From the NCBI GenBank assembly GCA_040772945.1, contig JAXGXE010000001.1, positions 1,012,862 through 1,076,861 on the forward strand: a stretch of 64,000 nucleotides of DNA, in the 5' to 3' direction. Within the stretch, counting starts at the first letter, position 1. Each line of letters starts with the position of its first letter. This DNA comes from Anaerolineaceae bacterium (lineage in GTDB: Bacteria > Chloroflexota > Anaerolineae > Anaerolineales > Anaerolineaceae). The translations under genes were made by a program, and so were the position numbers. The notes under the pieces were generated by a model. That model was not told where the DNA came from and made no database searches. It saw nothing but the letters and a program-made list of their open reading frames with translations. This document shows, one piece after another, positions 54,349-63,667 of the stretch.

Positions 54349-56763
54349 ATGGAAATATATTGTTTGAAATGCAAAGAGAAACGGGAAATCCCCGAAACGA
54401 CAGCTGTTTTCACCGCGAATGGTGTGCCTGGTACTCGGGGTGTGTGCCCTGAATGTGGCACGAATGTGTTTAAAATGGGCGCTACACCTGCGCATGATGG
54501 CATGGAAAAGCCTGTAATCGAAAAGAAAGCCTCTAAAGCAGCTGCTAAAACGTCCAAAAAAGCTAAAAAGGGAAGTAAGCCTTCTGCAAAAATAAGCAGA
54601 CGTGGAAAAAGTTCTGTTGGTCCAAATTTTGCGGATCGTATTAGCATGGATGGATTAGGCAAACCCCTGGTGATTGTAGAATCACCAGCAAAAGCGCAAA
54701 CCATTGGCAGGTTCCTGGGAAATAAGTACAAGGTTGTCGCATCATACGGCCATGTGCGTGACCTTTTAGCATCACGTTTGAGTGTCGATCCTGAAAATGA
54801 TTTCGCGCCCGAATATCGTGTGCCTAATGACAAATCAAAATTGGTCAAGAAAATTGCTGAAATTGCTGAAAAAAGCCCCGAAGTCTATCTGGCGACTGAC
54901 CCTGACCGCGAAGGTGAATCCATCGCATGGCATCTGATGGAATCTGCGGATATACCGGAAAACAAGACCAAACGCGTTGTCTTTCATGAAATTACCAAAC
55001 CAGCCATTGATGCGGCTTTCAAAAATGCCCGAACACTGGACATGGATTTGGTCGACGCGCAACAGGCACGTCGCATTTTAGATCGTTTGGTTGGCTACAA
55101 AGTAAGCCCCCTGTTGTGGAATAAAGTGCGGAGTCGCCTTTCTGCTGGACGTGTGCAATCCGTTGCCGTGCGACTGGTTGTCGAGCGGGAGCGCGAAATA
55201 CAAAACTTCGTGCCGGTAGAATATTGGGTTGTTTCTGCTATCTTTCATCAAGTTGGTCATAATGCTCAATATGAAGCGAAGCTGCTTAAAATTGATGCTG
55301 AAGACCTAAATCTCGGTAATGAGAATGACACGCTCGCAACGGTTGCTGATATGAAACAGGCGAATTACAAACTCGCCGAGAAAAAACAGAGCACACGCCG
55401 CAACAGACCCAGCGCGCCATATATTACCAGCACCCTGCAACAGGACGCGTCCAGTCGCTTGGGCTTTTTGGCAAACCGAACGATGATGGTTGCGCAACAG
55501 CTCTATGAAGGTATCAAGCTGAGTGGTTCTGAAGAAACCGGTTTGATTACATATATGCGTACCGACTCTGTGAATGTATCAACACAGGCTATAAGCGAGG
55601 TGCGTGGTTTTATTGCTAACGAGTACGGTGAAGACTATTTACCTGCCAAGCCTGCCCAATATCGAACGCGTGCCAAGACTGCTCAGGAGGCTCATGAGGC
55701 TATTCGTCCGACATCGGTTTACCGCACACCCGATAAAATGCAGCCTTTCTTAACGCCAGAGCAGCATCGGCTTTACACAATCATCTGGCAGCGATTTGTT
55801 GCCAGCCAGATGGAACCTCAGGTGGTGGAAACCTTAAGCCTGGATATAGCTGGTCAATCTGTAGCCCATCAATACCTATTGCGGGCAACTGCCAGCCAAA
55901 CTGTTTTCCCTGGTTTTCGATCGGTCTATCCTCCTGCTAATAGTGATAATTCTGAAAACCCAGAAATGGTTAGTCTTTTCAAAGAGATTTTGGAAGAAGG
56001 TAAAGAGCAAATTTTGGATGACCTGAACTATGAGCAAAAATTCACTCAACCTCCGTCACGGTATTCAGAAGCATCGCTCATTATGACTTTGGAGGAAAAC
56101 GACATTGGTCGTCCAAGCACATACGCGCCAATTATTTCAACCATCCAAACCCGTGGTTACGTGGAACGCCAGAAACGAATGTTGGTACCAACCGAAATCG
56201 GCTTTATCGTAAATGATTTGTTGGTGGAATTCTTTCCGGAAATTGTGGACATTAAGTTTACATCCCGCATGGAAGAAGAGCTTGACGAAATTGCAGAGGG
56301 CAACGCGGAATGGGTTGAGGTTTTGCAGGAATTCTATACGCCTTTTGAGAAACGTTTGGATTACGCCGCTGAAAATATGCCTAACAGAAAGCCTGCACCA
56401 AAGGAAATTGGACGAGCATGTCCTGAATGTAGTCAGCCCCTGGTAATGCGTTCGGGTCGTTTTGGCGATTTTATAAGTTGTAGTACTTTCCCAGCTTGTC
56501 GCTATACAGAAAACATTCCTGTAAAGCTCGATATGGTTTGTCCAAGCTGCCAGGAGGGTGAGGTTATCCAAAAGCGCACCAAGCAAGGAAAGATATTCTA
56601 TGGCTGCAGTCGCTATCCAGAATGTGAATTTGCGTCCTGGCAAAAACCAATGGAAGAAAGTTGTCCCAGTTGTGGCGGTCTGCTGACCGAAAAGAGTGCA
56701 GATAATGCGGTTTGTACAGATTGTAAATTGACTTTCCCTCAAATTAACGGAAAACTTGTCTAA
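54349..56763 (+). CDS. topA: DNA topoisomerase I with an extra N-terminal zinc ribbon and a Lys-rich linker
   Basis: Toprim start LVIVESPAKAQTIGRFLG at about residue 105. C-terminal CxxC zinc fingers. N-terminal CLKCK..CPECG ribbon followed by KKASKAAAKTSKKAKKGSKPSAK. Confidence 0.9.
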   Translation: MEIYCLKCKEKREIPETTAVFTANGVPGTRGVCPECGTNVFKMGATPAHDGMEKPVIEKKASKAAAKTSKKAKKGSKPSAKISRRGKSSVGPNFADRISMDGLGKPLVIVESPAKAQTIGRFLGNKYKVVASYGHVRDLLASRLSVDPENDFAPEYRVPNDKSKLVKKIAEIAEKSPEVYLATDPDREGESIAWHLMESADIPENKTKRVVFHEITKPAIDAAFKNARTLDMDLVDAQQARRILDRLVGYKVSPLLWNKVRSRLSAGRVQSVAVRLVVEREREIQNFVPVEYWVVSAIFHQVGHNAQYEAKLLKIDAEDLNLGNENDTLATVADMKQANYKLAEKKQSTRRNRPSAPYITSTLQQDASSRLGFLANRTMMVAQQLYEGIKLSGSEETGLITYMRTDSVNVSTQAISEVRGFIANEYGEDYLPAKPAQYRTRAKTAQEAHEAIRPTSVYRTPDKMQPFLTPEQHRLYTIIWQRFVASQMEPQVVETLSLDIAGQSVAHQYLLRATASQTVFPGFRSVYPPANSDNSENPEMVSLFKEILEEGKEQILDDLNYEQKFTQPPSRYSEASLIMTLEENDIGRPSTYAPIISTIQTRGYVERQKRMLVPTEIGFIVNDLLVEFFPEIVDIKFTSRMEEELDEIAEGNAEWVEVLQEFYTPFEKRLDYAAENMPNRKPAPKEIGRACPECSQPLVMRSGRFGDFISCSTFPACRYTENIPVKLDMVCPSCQEGEVIQKRTKQGKIFYGCSRYPECEFASWQKPMEESCPSCGGLLTEKSADNAVCTDCKLTFPQINGKLV

Positions 56764-56797
56764 TTTTTTAATAACCACAGCTTGCATAAACTGTTAA

Positions 56798-56830
56798 AAA
56801 GCCTCTGTATTATAAAGTGGGGGCTTTTTT
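56798..56830 (+). terminator. Terminator after topA
   Basis: AAAGCCTC-N13-GGGGCTTT followed by a T-run. Confidence 0.6.
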
Positions 56831-56897
56831 ATTTTGATTGGCTGGTATAAAACATGCACCTATTTATATATAACGTTATATGCATATGAGGTACCAA

Positions 56898-58112
56898 ATG
56901 GAAAACTTCCTTTCTGAATTTAGAGAAAAATTGAAAGTGCCCCGTAATCTTGCCATCTTTACGGGAGTTATTGGCTTAATCCTGGGATTAATACTGGCAT
57001 GGGGTGTTTTTCCTGTCAAATGGAAAGATGCCAGCGCTGAACATCTTCGAGCCGATGAAAGGGTAGTTTATCTGCGCAACGCTATAAACGCTTACACCAT
57101 GACAGGCCGGGTTCAGGAAGCGCAACTGGCCTGGGCATCCCTTGGTTCAAACGCGGTCAAAACACTTGAAGATCTTAATCAGTCACCTGGTTTTCTGTAT
57201 ACTGAGCAAATCGAACGTTATGCCCAAGCTGTTGATACAAGCGCGCCTGCACCGATTGTTCTGCCCGAAGACAATAACGCTGTCGTGAAAGATGATGGAA
57301 CCATCATTGGTTTGCGTCCTGCTGATGAGACCGAAGAACCTGAGAAAAAGGAAAAGGGACTGCTTTGGTTGGGTATTATCTTATTAGTACTTCTATTGGT
57401 TGGCGCGGGATTGGTGTGGTGGTTCTTCTTCAAAGACAAAAATGTTGAATTACCCTTCAAACTCAAAAAACGCAACGAAGAAAAACCATCCCCGACCTTT
57501 GGTGGGTTAAGACCTGCAGCGACACCAATTAAGCGTGAACCCATTCAAAAACCAGTGAAGGAAGTGGATGAAACCGAAAAGCCTGAAGAAGAAGCCAAAC
57601 CAAGCTTGCCAAATTTAGCCAGTCTTTTCGGTCTAAGCGATAGACAAAAAAACTCTGGAGAAGCCGCAGAACCACTGCCAGCTGCCAAACCAGTTGCTCA
57701 GTTCATGACAACCTATATGCTTGGCGATGACATGTACGATGAATCCTTTACCTTTGACGCGCCCAACGGCGAGTTTCTGGGCGAGTGTGGTGTGAGCAGC
57801 TCGGATACCATCGGCGTAGGTGAGCCCAAAAAGGTTTCCGCATTTGATATTTGGCTTTTTGATAAAAACGACATTCAAACCGTGACGAAAGTGGTCATGA
57901 GCAAACACGCTTTCAATGATGCCGCAACCCGACAGCGTCTTGAAATCCGTGGCGAGCCAATCATGGCGGATGATGGCAAACAGTTTGTGCTTGAAACAGC
58001 TACTCTTCGCTTGGAAGCCAAATTGCTTAGCTTCCAATACGGCGATTTACCATTGCCAGATGACAGTTACTTCCAACGCGCGACGATGGAATTAGCCATA
58101 TACCGCAAGTAA
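56898..58112 (+). CDS. Two-TM membrane protein of unknown function with a Lys/Pro/Glu-rich linker
   Basis: About 404 aa from MENFL, which has a GAGG Shine-Dalgarno 7 nt upstream. Hydrophobic helices lie near residues 20-45 and 165-190. I recognise no family. Confidence 0.55.
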   Translation: MENFLSEFREKLKVPRNLAIFTGVIGLILGLILAWGVFPVKWKDASAEHLRADERVVYLRNAINAYTMTGRVQEAQLAWASLGSNAVKTLEDLNQSPGFLYTEQIERYAQAVDTSAPAPIVLPEDNNAVVKDDGTIIGLRPADETEEPEKKEKGLLWLGIILLVLLLVGAGLVWWFFFKDKNVELPFKLKKRNEEKPSPTFGGLRPAATPIKREPIQKPVKEVDETEKPEEEAKPSLPNLASLFGLSDRQKNSGEAAEPLPAAKPVAQFMTTYMLGDDMYDESFTFDAPNGEFLGECGVSSSDTIGVGEPKKVSAFDIWLFDKNDIQTVTKVVMSKHAFNDAATRQRLEIRGEPIMADDGKQFVLETATLRLEAKLLSFQYGDLPLPDDSYFQRATMELAIYRK

Positions 58113-58137
58113 AAAGCATATAGCTTAAGTTACAAAA

Positions 58138-58170
58138 AAGAGGCTATCCTAAACAGGGATGAGCCTCTTT
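58138..58170. terminator. Bidirectional terminator between the membrane-protein gene and greA
   Basis: AAGAGGCT-N16-AGCCTCTT with flanking A and T runs. Confidence 0.65.
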
Positions 58171-58189
58171 CAATTTCTACAAGAAAAAA

Positions 58190-58660
58190 TTATTCAATCG
58201 CGATGATTTTCAAATTCAGTTTGTTACCATTTGGTAAAGGAACATCCACAGTTTCCCCACACTTTTTACCAAGCAAGCTGGCACCCATCGGGGATTCATA
58301 AGATATTTTGCGCTCGCGGACGTTGGCTTCTTTCGCGCCAACAATGATGTATACTTCCTCGTCTTCGCCTGCTTCCTGAACCGTAACTTTGCTACCGATA
58401 TTAACCACATCGATATCAAACTCACTTTCATCAACTATTTCAGCGTAATAGAGCAGGGATTCCAATTCCTGGATACGGCCTTCCAAAAAGCCCTGCGCTT
58501 CCTTTGCGGCATGATAATCAGCGTTTTCGCTCAAATCGCCCATTTCTATAGCGCTTTTCAGGCGCGCGGCGATTTCGGCGCGTTGGGGACCACGCAGGTT
58601 GGCTAATTCTTCTTCAACCTTTCGTTTTCCGGCTTCAGTTAAATATTGTGTCTTGTTCAT
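58190..58660 (-). CDS. greA: Transcription elongation factor GreA
   Basis: MNKTQYLTEAGKRKVEEELANLRG.., DLSENADYHAAKE. The track ORF extends to 58708. Confidence 0.9.
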   Translation of the reverse strand: MNKTQYLTEAGKRKVEEELANLRGPQRAEIAARLKSAIEMGDLSENADYHAAKEAQGFLEGRIQELESLLYYAEIVDESEFDIDVVNIGSKVTVQEAGEDEEVYIIVGAKEANVRERKISYESPMGASLLGKKCGETVDVPLPNGNKLNLKIIAIE

Positions 58661-58664
58661 AGCT

Positions 58665-59819
58665 CTATGGTAACACATCCACGTCAAAGAGACGCTTATG
58701 CTCGTCAATGGCGAAGCGGTCAGTCATGCCGGCGATATAATCGCAAACGGTCAACTCAAGCCCTCTGGCAGGGATATTCAATTGCACCGTATCTGGCAAA
58801 GCGCCGGGGTTGGCAACGTAGAGATCAAAAAGGTCGGTGATGATACGCTCCGCCTTGGTTTGCATTCGCACAACGCGATAATGCCGATAGAGCTTTTCAA
58901 ACAGAAAATCTTTCAGTTCGCGGTTGCGGCGGTGCATATCCTCGCTAAAACCAACCACGTTATAGGGCAACGCCTGGATCTCATGGGGCGAATTAGCTTT
59001 TGAACGCCGCAGATAGCGGTCGATGCTATGGATTAAATCGGTCATTTCAAAACCGATTAAGCGTCTGATGACCTGATGGCGGCTAAGTTCGTCTAAGGGA
59101 TCATTTTTGCGTCGTCCGAGGCTTTCGTTAACGATTTCCCAGATGGCGATACCATCCAGCTGAGACGGCGTAATCAACCCTGAGCGCAAACCATCATCGA
59201 GGTCATGGGAAGTGTATGCCAATTCATCAGCGACATTGGCCAATTGCGCTTCCAGATGGCCACGCAGATGCGGGTCAAAATCGGATGCGTCAGCTTGGTC
59301 GTAATCGGTTTCGTGCTTAATCATACCCTCAAGCACTTCCCAGCTCAGGTTCAAGCCTGGAAAATCAGGATAACGCTGTTCAAGCTCGGTAACAATGCGC
59401 ACGCTTTGATGATTGTGGTTAAAGCCACCATGATCCATCATCAATCGCGCCAGAACGGTTTCACCGGAGTGTCCAAAGGGAGAGTGACCCAAATCGTGCG
59501 CCAGGCAGATTGTTTCGGTCAGGTCTTCGTTCGCGCCGAGGGAACGCGCCAGGCTGCGCCCAATCGCGGCAACTTCCAGCGAGTGCGTGAGGCGGGTGCG
59601 GTAATAATCGCCTTCATGGATGATAAAGACCTGGGTTTTGTACTCCAGCCGTCTAAAAGCTGTGGTGTGCAGAATGCGGTCGCGGTCGCGCTGGAAGCGC
59701 GTGCGAAAATCGGCTTCTTCTTCCGGGTATTTGCGTCCACGTGAGTCTCTGCTGCGGATGCCATACGGTGCCAGAGTTTGGTCTTCAAACTCTTCAAGTT
59801 GTTGACGGGTATAAATCAT
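58665..59819 (-). CDS. dGTP triphosphohydrolase-like HD-domain protein
   Basis: HD motifs RLTHSLEVAAIGRSLA and LAHDLGHSPFGH. The start is MIYTRQQ at 59819; the track ORF extends to 59918. Confidence 0.85.
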   Translation of the reverse strand: MIYTRQQLEEFEDQTLAPYGIRSRDSRGRKYPEEEADFRTRFQRDRDRILHTTAFRRLEYKTQVFIIHEGDYYRTRLTHSLEVAAIGRSLARSLGANEDLTETICLAHDLGHSPFGHSGETVLARLMMDHGGFNHNHQSVRIVTELEQRYPDFPGLNLSWEVLEGMIKHETDYDQADASDFDPHLRGHLEAQLANVADELAYTSHDLDDGLRSGLITPSQLDGIAIWEIVNESLGRRKNDPLDELSRHQVIRRLIGFEMTDLIHSIDRYLRRSKANSPHEIQALPYNVVGFSEDMHRRNRELKDFLFEKLYRHYRVVRMQTKAERIITDLFDLYVANPGALPDTVQLNIPARGLELTVCDYIAGMTDRFAIDEHKRLFDVDVLP

Positions 59820-59839
59820 GCTTAATCCTTTATAAACGA

Positions 59840-60688
59840 TTATTTGTGGGTAATCAGGGTGCCCGTTTCTTTTCCTATGAGGGCGTCCATCATTTGGCTC
59901 ATGTCGCTGCCACAACAAATGCGCACTTCGGTTTCAGGGCTCAATGCGCATAACTTTTGCATCAGTCTGACTTTCTCCATCATGCCACCAGTGACATCCG
60001 GGCTGTCAGATCCCCCCAGGGTTTTCGGGAGATCGGTTTCGGAGCTGATATGGGGAATGATGTTCTGCGCATTAGGGAAGTCCTCATAAACGCCTTCCGT
60101 TTTACCAAACAAAAGCACGCGTTCAGGTTTGAAAACCGAAGCCAGATCCACAAAAAGCTCTTCGGTGCTCAAAATCGTGCCGCCCAATTGATCGTCATAG
60201 ACCACATCGCCATAAACAACCGGGATTAAACCGTTGTCAATCGCAGTCGTCATCGGTTCGAGGTTCCAGGTGGTGATTTGGCGATTGGAGGCGCTCACCG
60301 AGGCGGACGGTGGAAAAGAAATCAGCGGCAAAGGCAGGTCAAAATCCAGCCCACACGCCATCACGATGTCATGCAGCTCACGGGCTTTGCGCCAAACATC
60401 ATGATAGCCCTGCCAGCCCATCTCGTCACGCACGCCATCGCGTGTGCCATAAAGCTTCGCCATGTAATGCCCAAATGAACCCGAGCCATGCCCAAGAAGC
60501 ACGCGAGTCTCAGGGTACTGGATTAAAAAGACGCCTAATTGATTGAGTAAGTCCAGCAGTAAGTCGGTTTGGGCTTGAAGCGGTTTATCTTTATCGGTAA
60601 TCAGCGAACCGCCTAATTTGATGAAAATAAGCTCGCTGTATGGCTTTGAGGAAATAAAAGGGGAGATATTCGGTAAATGAGTCGTCAT
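59840..60688 (-). CDS. Isopentenyl phosphate kinase (amino-acid-kinase fold)
   Basis: Motifs IKLGGSLITDK and GHGSGSFGH. The ATG at 60688 is preceded by an AAGGAG Shine-Dalgarno; the track TTG start is at 60709. Confidence 0.75.
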   Translation of the reverse strand: MTTHLPNISPFISSKPYSELIFIKLGGSLITDKDKPLQAQTDLLLDLLNQLGVFLIQYPETRVLLGHGSGSFGHYMAKLYGTRDGVRDEMGWQGYHDVWRKARELHDIVMACGLDFDLPLPLISFPPSASVSASNRQITTWNLEPMTTAIDNGLIPVVYGDVVYDDQLGGTILSTEELFVDLASVFKPERVLLFGKTEGVYEDFPNAQNIIPHISSETDLPKTLGGSDSPDVTGGMMEKVRLMQKLCALSPETEVRICCGSDMSQMMDALIGKETGTLITHK

Positions 60689-60711
60689 AGTGTGCTCCTT
60701 TGCGATCAAGG

Positions 60712-61674
60712 TTAAACGGCTTTAATCTGTGTGGCGGGCAGGCTGGTCGTCCAAACTGCTTTAGCGCCTGCCTCAATCAGCGCTTCGCGTACGGTCAACA
60801 GATTTCTTTCTTCCACTAAGGCGATCATCGCGCCACCCTGGCCACCACCGCTCAGCTTCGCGCCCAGGGCGCCTGCCTCGCGCGAGGCATTCACGAGCAT
60901 GCCCAGCTCAGGGCAGGATAGCCCCAAATCAGCAAGCAGGCTCTGATTGGCATTCATCGCCGCGCCCAGCATATGGCGGTCACCGATGCGCATGGCGCGT
61001 TTGGCGATTTTAACCTGTTCTTCAATGGCATCAAGCTTGCTTTTCGTCTGATCTTTTTCCTTTTCATAGTGCCCGGCAAGGTAGGCGATGCTTTGCGCGG
61101 TTGGGGTGCGCGCGCCACTGTCCGCTACTACAAAGTGCAGACTGTTGAGCGGTTTAACCGACTCAACGCTATGTCCGCGCTGGTAGTAAATGGCTTGTTC
61201 GAGGGAAATGACGGTTGTGTCGATGCCCGAAAGTCTGCCATGGATAAACTGGTCGCTCTGGTAAGAAAGGTCTACCAGTTCTTTTTCGTTCAAGGGATGC
61301 CCCAAAAAAGCTGAAAGCGCTCGTAAAATGCCCACCGACAACGCCGCGCTTGAACCAAAGCCCGCGCCCAGGGGGATTTTAGATCGAACCCGCAAGGTGC
61401 AAGTGGGCGGGTTTTTAACGCCCAAAAAGTGCAAAAGCAGGATAATCATCTGCTTAATCGGCTCATCCTGGCTCATGTCTTCAAAGAGCAAATCCATATT
61501 CAGGTCATGCGAGATAATCCGCAAGGTACCTGGCTTGGCTAAAATGGCAGGCTCAATGCTGACATGCAAGCGCAAATCAGAAAAAGGGATGGCAATGGCA
61601 GGGTGCCCATAAACAACAGCATGTTCACCCAAGAGGATCAGTTTCGCGCTGGCACTGGCGGTTGTGGCAGGCAT
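60712..61674 (-). CDS. mvk: Mevalonate kinase (GHMP family)
   Basis: Motifs KLILLGEHAVVYG and PLGAGFGSSAA. The ATG at 61674 is preceded by an AGGAG Shine-Dalgarno. Confidence 0.85.
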   Translation of the reverse strand: MPATTASASAKLILLGEHAVVYGHPAIAIPFSDLRLHVSIEPAILAKPGTLRIISHDLNMDLLFEDMSQDEPIKQMIILLLHFLGVKNPPTCTLRVRSKIPLGAGFGSSAALSVGILRALSAFLGHPLNEKELVDLSYQSDQFIHGRLSGIDTTVISLEQAIYYQRGHSVESVKPLNSLHFVVADSGARTPTAQSIAYLAGHYEKEKDQTKSKLDAIEEQVKIAKRAMRIGDRHMLGAAMNANQSLLADLGLSCPELGMLVNASREAGALGAKLSGGGQGGAMIALVEERNLLTVREALIEAGAKAVWTTSLPATQIKAV

Positions 61675-61682
61675 AGTAACTC

Positions 61683-62555
61683 CTAAATAACGATATATAG
61701 AATGATGAACACAGACACCGCCCAAAGCACAATGGCGGCTTGCAGGGGGCGGTCGCTCAAAAGCACTTCTTCAGGCGCGGCGCCGCTATCCTTGGTTTGC
61801 AAAATTTCCATGTAGCGAAAAATGCCATAAATGACGAAGGGAATGGTGAACATCATGGTGTAATTGTGCTCGCCCGCAGTGGGTGCAAAGGTGTAAAGCA
61901 TGTAGGTAATCAGGATAGCGCTCAGGATGATGACCAGATACTGGTTGAGCAACTCTAAGGTGTAACCGCGCAGGGTCACGCGGTGTTCGGCGGCGTTTTC
62001 TGTGAGCATTTTAAGCTCGGCATGACGCTTGCCAAAGGCTAAAAAGAGCGCCAAAAGGCTGGTCAGGATATAAAGCCAGGGCGAGAAATGTTGCACGGTG
62101 ATGACGGCGATGCCGGCATACATGCGCAGAACGAAACCGATGGCGATAATCATCACGTCGATAATCATGACGTATTTCAGCCAGCGCGAATAAATGAGCA
62201 TAAGCAGGAAATAGGCGCTGCAAATGATGCCAAATTTGAGGTCAAGATAAAAAGCGCTTGGGAAGATGATGAGCGCCAAGACAATCGCCATGCTGATGGC
62301 GGCTTTGCTGCTCAATTCGCCCGAAGCGATGGGGCGGTGTTGCTTTTTGGGGTGCGCGCGGTCGGCTTTGATGTCCATCAGGTCGTTGATGGTGTAAACC
62401 AGCCCGGAAAGCAGGCAAAAAAGAATAAACGCGAACGAAACACGCAATAAAGTCTTCCAGTTGCTCAACTGCCCGTCAAAGACGATACCGGCAAAAATGA
62501 CCAGATTTTTGAGCCATTGTCTGGGCCGCATGGTTTTAATCATGTGCTTAAACAT
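61683..62555 (-). CDS. UbiA-family prenyltransferase, decaprenyl-phosphate phosphoribosyltransferase-like
   Basis: 290 aa, polytopic. RPRQWLKNLVIFAG and NDLMDIKADRAHPKKQHRPIASGE resemble DPPR synthase (Rv3806c-type) as I recall it. Confidence 0.7.
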   Translation of the reverse strand: MFKHMIKTMRPRQWLKNLVIFAGIVFDGQLSNWKTLLRVSFAFILFCLLSGLVYTINDLMDIKADRAHPKKQHRPIASGELSSKAAISMAIVLALIIFPSAFYLDLKFGIICSAYFLLMLIYSRWLKYVMIIDVMIIAIGFVLRMYAGIAVITVQHFSPWLYILTSLLALFLAFGKRHAELKMLTENAAEHRVTLRGYTLELLNQYLVIILSAILITYMLYTFAPTAGEHNYTMMFTIPFVIYGIFRYMEILQTKDSGAAPEEVLLSDRPLQAAIVLWAVSVFIILYIVI

Positions 62556-62646
62556 GCATTTATCTTATCATGTTTTGGGCTTGGACGTGGGAAAAAATCT
62601 GTTCGCTGATACGTCACTCTGAGGTAAATAACAATATTGCATATTA

Positions 62647-62717
62647 GCACGTGGCAGGAGACTTAATATCACTCGCCCCGGCGTCTCGCCGCGGGCACAA
62701 CCACGTTCGCTGAGGTA
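62647..62717 (+). repeat. REP-like GC-rich repeat unit R1 with GTTCGCTGAGG tail
   Basis: GCACGTGGCAGGAGAC..CTCGCCCCGGCGTCTCGCCGCGGGCACAACCACGTTCGCTGAGGT. Related to units R2, R3 and R4. Confidence 0.75.
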
Positions 62718-62750
62718 TCCACGCTGAAGTAAAAGCAACAGGTGAAAATT

Positions 62751-62810
62751 GCACGACGGGACGCCAGCAGGAGACCCACAACTCTCGCCCGCGTCTCGCC
62801 GTGGGCAAAT
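62751..62810 (+). repeat. REP-like repeat unit R2
   Basis: GCACGACGGGACGCCAGCAGGAGACCCACAACTCTCGCCCGCGTCTCGCCGTGGGCAAAT. Confidence 0.75.
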
Positions 62811-62846
62811 AGATAATTTACCAATACCTCAGCTTATAATCATGGC

Positions 62847-63398
62847 ATGGCAAAACTTCCATTTTATGAGGGTGCGAATTTATATTTCGTAACATTCACA
62901 CTCAATAACCATGCGCATCTTTTTAAAAATGCGGTTTACAGGGATATTGTTATTGACAGTCTGAAATTTTGTGTAAATCAGCGACACTTGAGGATATTTG
63001 CTTATGTAATAATGTCATCGCATTTGCATTTGATTGTATTCGATTCAAATTACAACAATAAACGACTAAAAACAACGATTGACCAATTTAGAAGTTTTAC
63101 AGCGCATGAAATTTTGAAAAAATTAAAAGAAAATAATCCAGAATTGTTGCTCAATTTAATCGAGAAATCAAGAACAGACAGGGAATATAGAATTTGGACT
63201 GATGGATTTCATGCCATTGGATTAGATACAGAACAAAAATTAAAACAAAGATTTGATTACATTCACAACAACCCAGTGAAAGCTTTACTTGTAAAAGATC
63301 CAAAAGAATGGCTATATTCTTCAGCATCATATTGGGAAGATGGCAAAATTGGACCATTACCTATTCATCATTATTTGGATGTAGATGAGATTGGATAG
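62847..63398 (+). CDS. REP-associated tyrosine transposase (RAYT; IS200-like Y1 HUH transposase)
   Basis: 183 aa with HUH motif SSHLHLIV, catalytic-Tyr motif FDYIHNNPVKA, and the N-terminus ..ANLYFVTFTL. Confidence 0.8.
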   Translation: MAKLPFYEGANLYFVTFTLNNHAHLFKNAVYRDIVIDSLKFCVNQRHLRIFAYVIMSSHLHLIVFDSNYNNKRLKTTIDQFRSFTAHEILKKLKENNPELLLNLIEKSRTDREYRIWTDGFHAIGLDTEQKLKQRFDYIHNNPVKALLVKDPKEWLYSSASYWEDGKIGPLPIHHYLDVDEIG

Positions 63399-63451
63399 TG
63401 AAATTAATAATTACTATTCAGGATAACAGAACAAAATGAAATTGATTTTCT

Positions 63452-63535
63452 GCACGGCGGGACGCCGGCAGGAGAGGAATGGACGCTAGCAGGAGAACAA
63501 CCAACTATCGCCCCGACGTATCGCCACGGGCAAAT
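63452..63535 (+). repeat. REP-like repeat unit R3 (with an internal partial duplication)
   Basis: GCACGGCGGGACGCCGGCAGGAGAGGAATGGACGCTAGCAGGAGAACAACCAACTATCGCCCCGACGTATCGCCACGGGCAAAT. Confidence 0.75.
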
Positions 63536-63627
63536 GAAAAGTGCTTGGCAGGGATACCACGCACCAGTAGCTAAGCCAAGCAACTGGCGTGTGACGTCCA
63601 ATGGATCAAAGATCTTGGTCTGTCAAT

Positions 63628-63667
63628 CTTCTCGCCACGTGAAAGCCCAACCATGTTCGCTGAGGTG
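63628..63667 (+). repeat. Partial REP-like unit R4 with GTTCGCTGAGG tail
   Basis: TCTTCTCGCCACGTGAAAGCCCAACCATGTTCGCTGAGGTG parallels the 3' part of R1. Confidence 0.6.
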
